A stretch of DNA of 63,676 nt, filler included, from Octopus bimaculoides (GCF_001194135.2; 9 parts of 9 records of this genome joined end to end with filler, not necessarily neighbours in it), one strand, 5' to 3'; counted from the whole stretch's first letter, positions 1 to 12,174 are shown. Notes: generated from the letters alone by a model not told the origin. Program-made: numbers and translations.

Positions 1-38
<38 letters not shown>

Positions 39-1557
39 TTGTGTGAATATGTATACATGTGTAGATATATGTTTGTGGTGTGTATGTGTATATATATATA
101 TATATATATATTATGTACTGGTCTGTTATAGAAAATTCAACAAAATGTACTCCATTTGGTGAGAGATAAATATTATTTATTTAAAGGTTACAATACATGT
201 ATTAAAGCGCTATTCCTGACTGACTTGATATCTTTCCAGCTTTATCATTTAAGCTCTAATGAGGATAGCTCTTTTACGTTTTTACTTTCTACATTTTAAT
301 GTCTGTTTCTCATTTTCCGTTTTCCACTGTCTGTATTTTCTATATGCTACCTTTTTCAATTTTTTTGCATTTATTCTATTATTCAGTTTCTTTAGTTCGC
401 TATGATATGTGGTTTATGCCTGAAAAACATGTCAGAGTTTTTTCAACGTATGAAACTTATTAGTATATGTATATGTATGTTTTTATGCATGTATATATAC
501 ATATATACTTGGGCCATCAGCTAATTCAGACTTAAGTTTGTGGGACACTATTAGTGTAGAAAAGATGGTGCTATATGTCAACTGTTACACTGGAAACCAG
601 TATATAGCAAAGTAAAAGTAGTTGCACATATATACATCAGTTGCTGGAGGACGCAAATACCTTAAGAAAAGCTATGTTGCAGAGATGATGGCAGACTGGG
701 ATGTATGGATGAGGCTAGTCACTGGGATTTGGGTGCATTCAATGTCACACACACGCACACACACACATACGCACTCATCTACGTATGTGTACATAAAAAT
801 ATATTTGCTTACATACATATACACAAAAGTGTATTCAATTTATTGATTACTTTTCTGCCTTCCATATTTTGTAAATTTTTTACCAAATCAATCTTTTGAT
901 ATTTTCTTGTTATTATTTCTTTTATTTGCTAGTCTGTTTGTTCATATTTGTCCGATCTTTGAGATATGCAAGTTTACGAAATTAAAAAATCAAATTCCTT
1001 GCTTGGAGTGTATAGACATTAGTCTGTGTGTGTGTGTGCTTGTGTGTACTTCAGGACAGTAATGAAACTTTGATGGAAGTGTCTTGAGATAGATATCTTT
1101 GGTTCCCAGAAGACAGTAATGCATTGCCAAAAGGTCAAGGTGAAGAAATTTTATCTTATCAAAAAATGCTGTCAAGCTTCCAGAGAAAACTAGTACAGGG
1201 CTCTGCGCCACCAATGGCATGAAATCATTACTATTGTAATATAATTGGCAGAATACAGATAGAAGAGATAATAGTACAACTTTTTGTCTTCACATATAAC
1301 ATCATAATTTAATGGTTGTCTTTGTCTTTGTTCTGTCATATCAATTACCATTTGTTTTATTTAAATCTCTTTGATGCTATATTAATTTACTGTGTCAGAT
1401 ATGCTGAAGTTGAAAATTTTTCAATAATCTTGAGTCAAGAGGAGAGCATAATTTCTGTTACAATTAACTTGGCTTTCCGTCTCTGAGAAGCTTATGAAAT
1501 ACTCGCAAGTAATAATCTATTAATACTCTGATTGCTTCAGTCAACTAGACTTTAAAG

Positions 1558-1577
1558 CAGTGGTTCCCAAAGTGGGC
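1558..1577 (+). mobile_element. Probable hAT (Charlie/Buster-like) left terminal inverted repeat
   Basis: CAGTGGTTCCCAAAGTGGG preceded by the 8-mer CTTTAAAG (central TA, typical Buster-type target). No matching right end found. Confidence 0.4.
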
Positions 1578-1625
1578 AGTGGAAAGTTCCAAGGGCATGT
1601 TGAAGAAAAGTGGGTGATAATGGGG

Positions 1626-1713
1626 AGGGGAGGTCAGCCGCTTCCCCTTGCTGGTCTGGCATCTACAGACTAGTTTATGCCAGACCAGCAAGGGGAAGCA
1701 GCTGACCTCCCCT
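1626..1713. repeat. 88-nt GC-rich inverted repeat (37-bp arms, 14-nt loop)
   Basis: Arm 1626-1662 is the reverse complement of 1677-1713 with one mismatch. Confidence 0.92.
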
Positions 1714-2394
1714 GTTTGAAGGTTATAATGGACACAGATTCATGTGTCACATAGCTAGCTAGAGGTGATGGCCTCTTGGAGCTAATCAACGGCAGCATTC
1801 GTCCTATTTTTTGAACTGCCATGTTAGCTTGGTGATAACTATTAATATCCAGTACCACTGCCGTAGTCTCATTTGAGTAGTGTTTTGAAGAAATTATTTC
1901 ATTTAGATATATAACCTGAGAACCAGAAAACTTCTTTTCTTTCCTTTTCTTCAATTGTCTCTTTTCTTTTCTTTCTATCTTGTTTCATCTTCCTTTCTCA
2001 TTAAATGTGATCTATCATATATGTAATAATGGCCCCATATTTTATTCAATTTTGACCTTTAGAATTAAGTTTATCTTTATATGTAGGTCATTTCCCAATC
2101 ATGAGTTTATTTACTTATCTATTTTGATGAAAGATTAAACACTTTCTGTTATGTATGAAGAAACTTTAGTCACTTGACTTGTTTGGCAAGTTACTTAATT
2201 TGTGAATGTATATTGAAAGGGAATCAGTTGTGAAGGACTGCAAAACCCTTTCACAACACAAAACTACTTTTTTTTTTTTTTGTTTCTTAATAGTGCAATC
2301 TTTTAGAAAGTGTCAAGTTTTGTCACACTTTTTCAACATGATCAGTGACACAGTTGCAACAAACTGTGTTAAGAGATCACATCACACAAGCATC

Positions 2395-2491
2395 ATCATC
2401 ATCATCATCATTGTTTAACGTCCGCTTTCCATGCTAGCATGGGTTGGACGATTTGACTGAGGACTGGTGAAACCGGATGGCAACACCAGGC
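2395..2491 (-). mobile_element. 3' tail of RTE-type LINE family (truncated by gap)
   Basis: Same terminal sequence as 4069-4130 and 13850-13920 (AACCCATGCYAGCATGGAAAGCGGACGTTAAAC followed by (GAT)n). Confidence 0.7.
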
Positions 2492-3134
2492 NNNNNNNNN
2501 NNNNNNNNNNNNNNNNNNNNNNNNNNNNNNNNNNNTTAATTAATTAANNNNNNNNNNNNNNNNNNNNNNNNNNNNNNNNNNNNNNNNNNNNGTGAGATGC
2601 TATAAGCCACTCACCTCTGTGAACTGTAAAGTAGAGGACTGTCCCCCCACTGCATAATCCACCATTTCCATCATTTGTGCATACATATGTATATGTTAGC
2701 ATATGACTATGCATATGTGACTGTGCAGAAAGGCTAGGTGGAACATTTAGGCGCATACATTTGCAGAACTGCAAGTGTATCTTGTAATATCTGCATGTAT
2801 GCATTAGAAGTTAAGTATTAACATTTATTTGCCATCTATTTGTATTGTATGAGTATGTGAATATGTGTGTGTGTGTGTGTGTTTTAAATGTGTGTCTATA
2901 TACATACATACATATATACATACATACATATATATATTTATATATCAATGTTTTCAATTCTTATAAACCAAAACCATTTGAGTTATAATAAATGATACAA
3001 GTTGATGGTTTGTACTTTTACCTTGTATTTTGATATTTCAGGATTAGGGCCCTCTTTCAGAAAATCCTTGGAGATATGGTATTGTGAACTAACTTTTTTA
3101 TTCTGTAGTGTTGTATATATGGTATATATTAATG

Positions 3135-4050
3135 AGATGACGACATAGAGGAAGGAAGTAACGGAATAAGGAGATGGAGAGAAAGAAGAAAAAAGAAGCA
3201 TAAAAGTTCATAGTTCAACTTTCTGATGTTGTTGAAACAAGAGTGTAAGTCTTTAGGTGCAATCCTGCATAGATCCATGTGGGTTAAAATCCTGATATAG
3301 TAGACATTCCAAGAGAAAAGACGAGAACATATCAATGTTCAATAACAGAATAGTAGCAGAGGTGGTTATTAAGTGGTAAAAGGAAAGAAAATGAAATAAA
3401 TAGAAAGTGAGGTAGATAGAGTGAAGGGGGAATTTAACTCTTTAGTATTCAAACTGGCCATATCCGGCCAAACTATTCTACTTGTTTTATGTTCAAACTA
3501 GCCAGAACTGGCTGCTCACACCTACTCTACTATGTCACTCTAAAAAATAAATGTTCACATCATCAAAATCTCAAAGCTACAAGATAATGTTTAATTTATT
3601 CAAAACAAAGTGAATAAATAAGTATTATATTTGATAGAAAAATCTGAATGCTAAAGGGTTAAAGATTGGCCTTAGGATAAAGTAACGTGTATGGTTGGTT
3701 ACTCCACACACAATTCTTAGACACCATAGGCCTATACATCTAACTTTTATCCTAAGGCCAATCCTTAAATTCCTCCCCCTCACTCTACCTCTCTTTCTAT
3801 TTCTTTTCTTTTTTTTTTCCTTTTACTACTTAACCACCTCTGCTACCATTCTGTTATTGAACATTGATATGTTCACATCTTTTTTCTCTGGATGTTTATT
3901 ATATCAGGATTTTAATGTACCTAAGACCTTATATTCTTGTTTCTACATCGGAAAGTTGAACTGTGAACTTTTATGCTTCTTTTTTCTTCTCTCTCTCCAC
4001 CTCTTTATTCCTTTACTTCCTTTATTTACTTTCTCCTCTGCTTCATTGGA
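3135..4050. repeat. Degenerate fold-back element; arms about 3135-3685 (interrupted) and 3743-4050
   Basis: For example gaaaaaagaagcataaaagttcatagttcaacttt vs aaagttgaactgtgaacttttatgcttctttttt, and gattggccttaggataaa vs tttatcctaaggccaatc. Confidence 0.85.
3438..3658. mobile_element. piggyBac-type MITE, 221 bp
   Basis: TTAA at 3434-3437 and 3659-3662. TIRs CTCTTTAGTATTCA / TGAATGCTAAAGGG (consensus CCCTTTAGCATTCA). Confidence 0.8.
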
Positions 4051-4068
4051 AAGCTGCAATGACTCCAT

Positions 4069-4760
4069 ATCATCATCGTTTAATGTCCGCTTTCCATGCT
4101 GGCATGTGTTGGATGGTTTAACTGTGGACTGGTAAGCCAGAAGGCTGTACCAGGCTCCAGTCTGATCTGGCAGTGTTTCTACAGCCCTTCCTAATGCCAA
4201 CCACTCCAAGAGTGTAGTGGATGCTTTTTACATGACACCGGCACAAGTGCCAATCAGGTGGTACTGGCATCAACCACGCTTGAATGGTGTTTATGTACCA
4301 CTGGCATGGGAGGTAGCCAGGTGGTACTGACAATGATCCATGCTCAAATGGTGCTTTTTATGTGCCACTGGCACAGGAACTAATCAGGTGGCACTGGCAG
4401 CAACCATGCTCAAATGGTACTTTTTACGTGCCACTGGCATGGGAGCCAGTCAAACTGCACTGGCATGTCATGACAATGATTTCACTTGACTCAACAGGTC
4501 TTCGCAAGCATAGTTTATTATCCAATGATTGAAAGGTACTCTTAAATGGGCTGGTTATGCTGCACTGGAATAGGCCATGGTTATGGTCTCACTTGGCTTG
4601 CTGGGTCTTCTCAAGCACAGCATATCTCCAAAGGTCTCAGTCACTTGTCATCATCTCCAAGAGGCCCAACATTCAAAGGTTGTGCTTCACCACCTCACCC
4701 CAGCTCTTCCTGGGTCTACCTCTTCCACAATTTCTCTCTACTGCTAGAATGTGACACTTT
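4069..4760 (-). mobile_element. 3' end of RTE-clade LINE: ORF C-terminus, 3'UTR with about 62-bp tandem units, (GAT)n tail
   Basis: Minus strand translates CGRGRPRKSWGEVVKHNL..LGL......DLWRYAVLEK, a typical RTE C-terminus. Four imperfect tandem units at about 4215-4470. Confidence 0.75.
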
Positions 4761-4814
4761 TTCACACAGCTGTCCTCATCCATACGCAACACATAGCCAT
4801 ACCAGCGCAGTCAT

Positions 4815-4857
<43 letters not shown>

Positions 4858-4867
4858 NNNNNNNNNN

Positions 4868-4922
<55 letters not shown>

Positions 4923-5184
4923 TACATACTTTGCACAGAAAAGTGGATGTTAGAATGATGATGATGATGATGATGATGATCATCATCATCATCATCATCA
5001 TAATCATCATCACCATCATCATCATATATATTCATATATAAACAAACGCATGTCCTATCTAGTCTGTATTTTACTCTGCAGCTGCTATATTGAATAGCAG
5101 AAAATTTGTGACTTAACTAATCAACATCTATAATCTGTGATGTATTTGTCAGAATTTTCATGGTTGATAGCCTCTTGGGTCAAC

Positions 5185-5809
5185 GGATCTATTTCAAAAT
5201 GGGGGCACCAGTTTTCATTTATGTTTTATGTAGTGTTTTTGGTACCGAAAGACTTTCAAACTTCGTATACTTATCTATTTTGTGTTATAGAACAGAAAAA
5301 AATTTTTGTATTCGAATTTATTTCATGTAAAAAATTGTCTTATTTCGATAATTTCTACTAATCACTGACGTCTATTCAGTTGAAAACAGCTAGCGCTGTA
5401 ACGGTGTATATCGTATTAATCCCCTAACCCTAACCCTAAAACTAACCCTAACTCTATAATCCGAACTCTAAAATTGTTACACACATAGATATGCACAGCG
5501 TAATTTATTATATAAACAATATATGCGTATAAATTACGATTAAACCGGATGAAATATGTCACAGGGAATAACATTTTTATGACCGCCCAGCAGTAACTCT
5601 ATTAAGCTGAATAGACGTCAGTGATTGGTTGAAATTACAGAAATACGACAACTTTAACATGGAATAACTTGCGATGTACGTTTTCTTGTTAAGAAGACTA
5701 AGAGTAAAAGATGTTTTATATGACACATTCTACCAGTGTCCCAAGTTTCAAAGTGTTTCGTTAGTGTTTCGTTAAGAAAATACTGGTGCCCCCGTTTTGA
5801 AATAGATCC
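5185..5809. mobile_element. Non-autonomous DNA transposon, Merlin-like (625 bp)
   Basis: 28-bp TIRs (5185-5212, 5782-5809; 1 mismatch) starting GGATC. Perfect 8-bp TSD GGGTCAAC (5177-5184, 5810-5817). Internal 20-bp inverted repeat 5360-5379 / 5607-5626. Confidence 0.82.
5422..5456 (+). repeat. Degenerate (CCCTAA)n telomere-type tract inside the MITE
   Basis: ccctaaccctaaccctaaaactaaccctaactcta. Confidence 0.85.
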
Positions 5810-6750
5810 GGGTCAACATTTATAATTTATATCCTATCTGATCACCATCAATTATCTACAATTAATCAACCAAGAATCTTTTATCTCATCAAATCACTAA
5901 ATTAGTCAGATATCTGTAGGCTGTAAACACATCAACTTGTTATGTTCAAGTTATCAGATATGTTCAATTAATTTGATTTCTTCAGTTTTTTAAAAAATTT
6001 ATCTGCTTCAAATCTCTTGAGTAAAGGCTCGTAGAGGGAATATTTAGTAAGGGAACTTTGATCATAATATCTGCTGCAAAAAACAACTTAAGAATATAAT
6101 CATGACTTACCAAATTATATTTAACGTCATAAAAAAAAAATCTGAACTCCCAAGATGTTGTGTTGAACCATATCTAACAAAGATTTCATCTTTGGCATGA
6201 TATATTCAGCACATTTTAGCCACTACATGTAGACAGCAGATTGGACACAGCATATGGCAGGCAGTAGCAGAACTAACATCAGGCCAGAGTGTTGTCATAA
6301 CAAAAAAAAAATGATGGACAGTGGCAGCAGCAACACACTATGACCAGCTAATATCAAAGAAACTTAAGACCATAACTACTAATAAACCTAATCCAAGAGC
6401 ACTAAGCTTTAAACTGTCTTGGTGTTTGTCATTGGTAGTAACAGCAACATTTTTGTTTACAATAAAAATAAATATTGGGTTTTTTTTTAAATCTCAAACA
6501 GATTTCAGTGTTCTTTGTGGTAACAGGATGGTTGCATTACAAAAACCATTTAATTGTTTTTCATATAAATATTTAAAAAAATCTCATAAACATTATTTAG
6601 CTGTCAGACCTTCCTTGTTTTCTGATCATTTCCCTATGAATGATTACATTNNNNNNNNNNNNNNNNNNNNNNNNNNNNNNNNNNNNNNNNNNNNTTAATT
6701 AATTAANNNNNNNNNNNNNNNNNNNNNNNNNNNNNNNNNNNNNNNNNNNN

Positions 6751-6798
<48 letters not shown>

Positions 6799-6884
6799 GT
6801 CTATATATATATATATACATGTATGTATGTATGTATGTATCCATATATAAACAGGCAATGTACATATATAAATGTGTATGTGTG

Positions 6885-6915
<31 letters not shown>

Positions 6916-7082
6916 TTATGCATGTCTGTGTGTGTTTGAGTGTGTGTGTGGTTGTGTGTGTGTATGCGTGTGTGTACTAGCTGAATGACCGGCGTTACTC
7001 GGTTTACTGCTTTTCTTAATTAGGTTAGTAAACAATAAATATATAAATTGTAATGATAATAGAATTTTGAACTAAAAATCAG

Positions 7083-8260
7083 TCAAAGTTGAAGCACATC
7101 AAGGAAAAGAATATTCACTGTGTAATGTTTTGTTGGTGTTGAAATGAATAAACTATTACCGCTTCGAACTCGCGAGGAAGTAACATACGTTTGGACGTGG
7201 GAGAAGTTTGTAGCGGACAGATGAAATCCAACTACTTTGAGGGATTGACACTGAGATTTGTTAACTGAAATACCAAAACTTAGTTTGACTTGAAACTGAA
7301 GCCTCTTAAATTCAAATGGAACATCTGTGTGTATGAGAGGAATTTTTGGAATAAAGACGTTTTCTTCTTTGTGACAACTTGTTATGATTGCTGCCTGTAA
7401 GATATGGGGCTTCGTGGAAGTAACGACTAAGCGAGTTCCATTACACAGGCTAAATGGGTCAAGATTCTTAAGCAACATAATAAGAGCATCCAGTGTTAGT
7501 GTCAAGTTATGCGGTGGCATCCCAATGCATTTAAGTGTGTTCAGAAATTCAACAGGTATTAAAGAACCTGATCTTGATCGACTGTTGTCAATTGATCGAA
7601 AAGTCATTTCTGACGTATCTGTTAACTTTTGAAGAAGCTCATGATTGAGTTTATCAACCATTTCATTAGTTGGAGCTAGTATAACTCTTTCACATAACCA
7701 ATTTACATCGGTGTAATTGACAGATAAATTAGGAAATACTTTATCCATAAGATCCCTAAGAGACGGTATCATTTAACCGCGTGTAATTTCATGTTGCTCA
7801 AGTCTTCAGTTGAATATTAATATCTCATTATCAATCTTAAGTAGCACGTATGATCACCTTGTAGAAGTACTCTGATGTTGCAAGATGAAATTTTTTCACG
7901 TGTCTCCAAAGGTACTATTTTTCAAGCGTGCATTGAACTCATCAGCTTTTGATACTTTGGAGACAACTGGAAATGTTTGACGAAAATCTCCTGCAAGAAG
8001 ACCTGCTACACCTCCCATGAGCGTGCTATTGTCATTTATGTCATGGAGGGTAGGGTCAAGTACATCTAGAGGTTCACGATGTGACATAGTGCACTCATCC
8101 AAAACAATGAGGCAAGCTTTTTGGAGAATTGCTGCCCTTGTAGAATTTTGGGTAATGTTGCACATTTGAGATTCTTTCATTGCAGGATTTCGAGGGAGCT
8201 TGAACAAGAGGTGTTCTTACCCCATTGAGGAGCGTAGCGGCAATACCAAGAGATGCAACA
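7083..8260 (-). pseudogene. Helitron PIF1-like helicase region, frameshifted
   Basis: VASLGIAATLL; LIVLDECTM; AGDFRQTFPV; WLCERVILAPTN; GMPPHNLTL...LLKNLDP..LCNGTRL; RLQFQVKLSFGISVNKSQCQS. Confidence 0.93.
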
Positions 8261-8526
8261 CTGGAAAAATGTTTGATTTTATTTCCTCCCATTTACGATT
8301 GAGGGTGAAAGTGACAAAAGGATCTGGTTTTCCATATGCCCTGACATACGTCATAGCATTTGTGTTCGTTCGTGCATATATCTAGGACCGCTTGCGAGCA
8401 TTTTAGGTTGCTCCATTGTTTTGTATATCACCATCCGTGCTCAGAGTATCTTGAAGATGAGCATAAATGTTAGCCCTTAACCTTTTTGATTGTTACGTAT
8501 GTAGAGACACTGACTCACAAAATTAG

Positions 8527-8933
8527 CATAGGCGCAGGAGTAACTGCGTGGTAAGTAGCTTGCTAACCAACCACATGATTCCAGGTTCAGTCCCACTGCG
8601 TAGCACCTTAGGAAAGTGTCTTCTAGTATAGCCTCGGGCTGACCAAAGCCTTGTGAGTGGATTTGGTAGACGGAAACTGAAAGAAGCTCGTCGTATATAT
8701 GTACATATATGTATGTGTGTATATATGTTTGTGTGTCTATGCTTGTCCCTCCACCATCGCTTGACAACCGATGCTGGTGTGTTTACATCCCCGTAACTTA
8801 GCGATTCAGCGAAAGAGATCGATAGAATAAGTACTAGGCTTTCAAAGAATAAGTCCTGGGCTCGATTTGCTCGACTAAAGGCGGTGCTCCAGTATGGCCG
8901 CCGTCAAAATGACTGAAACGAATAAAAGAATAA
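8527..8933 (+). mobile_element. tRNA-type SINE family A (CORE-like), inserted in the Helitron ORF
   Basis: A/B-box-like head (gtaactgcgtggtaag; ggttcagtccc) and a CACCTT(G/A)G(G/C)AAGTG motif resembling the MIR CORE. The Helitron reading ..LFQQYLVD|YA.. resumes across it. Confidence 0.85.
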
Positions 8934-9849
8934 TACGGATCAACCAGGTATTGCTGAAATAGATCACAATACATGTATAATTGATTTGATTCTCTGGTCC
9001 TAACATTAGTTGGTAAGAATAGAAGTTATTTCACGGCATTTTTTTGCTTGTAATTGGTTCTCCCGTTGTAGGTTGAATCTGTGGAATATTGAAATGATTC
9101 GCTTCTTGTCCATTCCACAAGATAAGAGGATACTGGAGAGCATCATAAGTGGGACAAGTCTCTGAAACACGTTTAAGATTGTGATCTCGAGCACGAATGA
9201 GAATATCACGATTTTCATGGGGATCACCTACCATAAGGATGGTTACTTCATTAGATGTGGGCTCATTAAAACGGACGGCGTAAAATGTCCTTTACTATAG
9301 TTTACTATAGACGCAACGAGCGCAGAAAAACACACAGTCACTCACAGACATACACACATACTCATATATATATATCTATATGTATGTGTAGATGTGTGTG
9401 CATGTTTAATTGTCTGAGGCCTAACATATAAAAATTACCGCACACACTCGCGCACGCATACTTTCTAACATGCATTCACATACATATACTAAGACAGACA
9501 CACACTCAGACATACATTCTCGCACACCTCAAGCTTTATCTGTCCCTGTGTGTGTGTGTGTGTCTCTCCATTTAGATGTGTATGTGTGTTTGAGTGTATG
9601 TGTGTCAGTATTCACAAAAATGCATGGATCGTCTCACGCACATACAGTCTAACATACACTCGCACACAAACACATCTTAGTCATCGGTCTAACGTACGTA
9701 ATGAACGCGCTAACACACACATTCACAAACGCATACACACTAATTCACCTATGCATGTGTATGAGTAGATGCGTGTGTGTATTTAATTGTCTGAGGCCTA
9801 AAGTGCAAAAATTTCTCTCTGTGTGTCTGTGTTTGTTTTTAGATGTATG

Positions 9850-9895
<46 letters not shown>

Positions 9896-10394
9896 AGTGT
9901 CAGTTGTCACAAAAATGTATGCATGCTGATACTGACAGACGACATACAGTCTTATATAGACTCGCACACATATTCTTGTCAGTCATCGGTCTAACGTACA
10001 TAACGAACGCGCAAGCACACACACACACTCACAGACACATAATACTCATATAGAAAATGTAATGTGGTGGTGGTGGTGGTGGTGGTGGTGATGGTGGTGA
10101 TGGTGGTATAAAATGTTTACGTTAGTTGACTTTTAGAAAGATAATAATGTTAAATATTGTAATGCAAATGCGTAAATGAAAATAAAGATTATTTGGTTGG
10201 CGAAAGATTACTGAATCTTTTGATACCCCACACCTCAGAATCAGTTATGAAGTCTTCGAATACATAAGGAACATACGCACCCACACATACATACGCATAC
10301 ACAACACACGCACACACACACACAAACGTACACACATACAAACTCTGTTTTATATATTAAGAAATATTAAATTCTTTTTTTTCTTTTTTCTACT

Positions 10395-10530
10395 CTAGGC
10401 ACAAGGCCCGGAATTTTGTGGGAAGAGGCCAGTCGATTAGATCGACCCCAGTACGCAACTGATACTTAATTTATCTACCCCGAAAGGATGAAAGGCAAAG
10501 TTGACCTCGGTGGAATTTGACCTCAGAACA
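10395..10530 (-). mobile_element. SINE family B, 3' part
   Basis: Homologous to 18965-19190 and 47658-47835 (gaaaggatgaaaggcaaagttgacctcggtggaattt). Confidence 0.75.
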
Positions 10531-10976
10531 CAACGACTGATGAATTGCTTTAGCTTTAAAGCTGCAATCATACTGGGGCACCACCNNNNNNNNNNNNNNN
10601 NNNNNNNNNNNNNNNNNNNNNNNNNNNNNNNNNNNNNNNNNNNNNNNNNNNNNNNNNNNNNNNNNNNNNNNNNNNNNNNNNNNNNNNNNNNNNNNNNNNN
10701 NNNNNNNNNNNNNNNNNNNNNNNNNNNNNNNNNNNNNNNNNNNNNNNNNNNNNNNNNNNNNNNNNNNNNNNNNNNNNNNNNNNNNNNNNNNNNNNNNNNN
10801 NNNNNNNNNNNNNNNNNNNNNNNNNNNNNNNNNNNNNNNNNNNNNNNNNNNNNNNNNNNNNNNNNNNNNNNNNNNNNNNNNNNNNNNNNNNNNNNNNNNN
10901 NNNNNNNNNNNNNNNNNNNNNNNNNNNNNNNNNNNNNNNNNNNNNNNNNNNNNNNNNNNNNNNNNNNNNNNNNNNN

Positions 10977-12147
10977 AGTTGGAAAACAATGGAAACACCT
11001 TAAAATTTCAAACAAATTTATTTCAATATGTGGTAGGTATGCCTTTGGCAGTAATTACAGCTTGAATTCTATGAGATATAGACCAGTCTTCTACAAACTT
11101 TGAATTGTCTCCAAAAGAATTTTTGTCCATTCTTCAGCTAAAACAGTCTCCAGTTCTTGTAGTGATGATGGTGGAGGACATCGACTTCTTACTTGTTTTC
11201 CTAAAATGCACCATAAATGTTCAATATTGAGATCTAGGGACTGTGGTGGCCAGATAAGATGTTCAACTTCAGTAACAACTTTAGCTGTGTGAATTGGTGC
11301 ATTATCATCCTGAAAGATTGCGCTTCCCCCGGAAAGAGTTCCGCAGCTATGTAATCAATGGGCCGGCGAATTTCCAAGATATAGCTCCAAGAGATCATCA
11401 CAGATCCTCGTCCATATTTAACAGATGGAAGAAGGCAATCTGGGTCAAATGCTTCTTTTGGCAATCTCCACACGTATACTCGACCGGTAGTCGGAAATAA
11501 GGTAAGGGATGACTCGCCCGAGAAAATAACATTCTTCCACCGCCCTAGGGTCCAATTCTGTAGATTTTTACTCCACTCCAAATGCTTTGCAACGATAGTT
11601 TTTGAAAGTAGAGATTTTTTTTATTACAGTCCACCCGTGAAATCCGGATTTGTCCAGCTCCCAGCGAAACTGGGTTTTCGAGGTTGTCATTAAGCTCTGC
11701 AGTAAATTTAGGAGCTGTGCTTTTGTGATTCTTTCTAACAATTTGCGTAAGAGTCCCACGGTTCCTATCTGAGAGTTTTGGTTTTCTTCTGGAGTTTTGT
11801 TTCGACGAGGAGGTTTTTCCGTCTTTCTCAAAGGCTGCTAATACTTTCGAGACAGTTCTTCTTGATACAACAAACATTTTGGCTGTTGTCGGTACGCGAG
11901 CGCCTGGCATACGAGCACCAGCAATTTGACCTCTTTGAAAGTCCGATAGATCTCTCATTTTAATGAATTTTAATTACCTTTTTCTGATGATATCTGAAAA
12001 GTAACAAGAATTTTAGCAAAACATATTAAGGAACACTAATAATAAATCAAAAATATAAAAGTAAACAAACTTTTGACGGTTTTATACATATTTCAAAATG
12101 ATGATGCTATGATGCTAGGTGTTTCCATTATTTTTTCCAATCCCTAC
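10977..12147 (-). mobile_element. Tc1-family DNA transposon with decayed transposase (about 11958-11030)
   Basis: HTH region DLSDFQRGQIAGAR..VSRRTVSK; DDE region WKNVIFSGES, FQDDNAPIH, WPPQSLDLN.IEHLW. TIR TTGGAAAA..AATGGAAACACCT at 10977-11000 (cut by gap) and 12117-12147, next to TA. Confidence 0.9.
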
Positions 12148-12174
12148 ATATATATATATGTATATATGTAGGTG

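Larger units (their letters stand above)
6977..10030 (-). mobile_element. Internally deleted Helitron (RepHel pseudogene)
   Basis: 3' end CTAG|T at 6980-6977 with a weak GC hairpin at 6988-7003. Helicase fragments 7083-8260, N-terminal fragments 8261-8526 and 8934-9290. The 5' limit is approximate. Confidence 0.9.

Noticed and set aside
400-440. Hammerhead-like remnant (..CTATGA..GAAAAACATGTCAGAG) after an AT-rich PLE-like tail
   Set aside because: Too degenerate to support.
990-1220. ORF MPLVAQSPVLVFSGS.. as a TRPM exon; opposite-strand ..SSFQRKL.. as a hAT transposase
   Set aside because: Neither matches beyond a few residues, splice sites are lacking and there is an internal stop on plus.
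2536-2547. TTAATTAATTAA islands between N runs (also about 6695, 37985, 42343, 45674, 55716, 58319 and 62574)
   Set aside because: An identical 12-mer giving stops in all six frames, always embedded in gaps: an assembly spacer, not biology.
11975-12010. CTGATGA..GAAAAGTA inside the Tc1, and CTGATGAAGG heptamers at about 39767, 51227 and 62375
   Set aside because: No stem II/GAAA/NUH arrangement, so these are not called as hammerheads.
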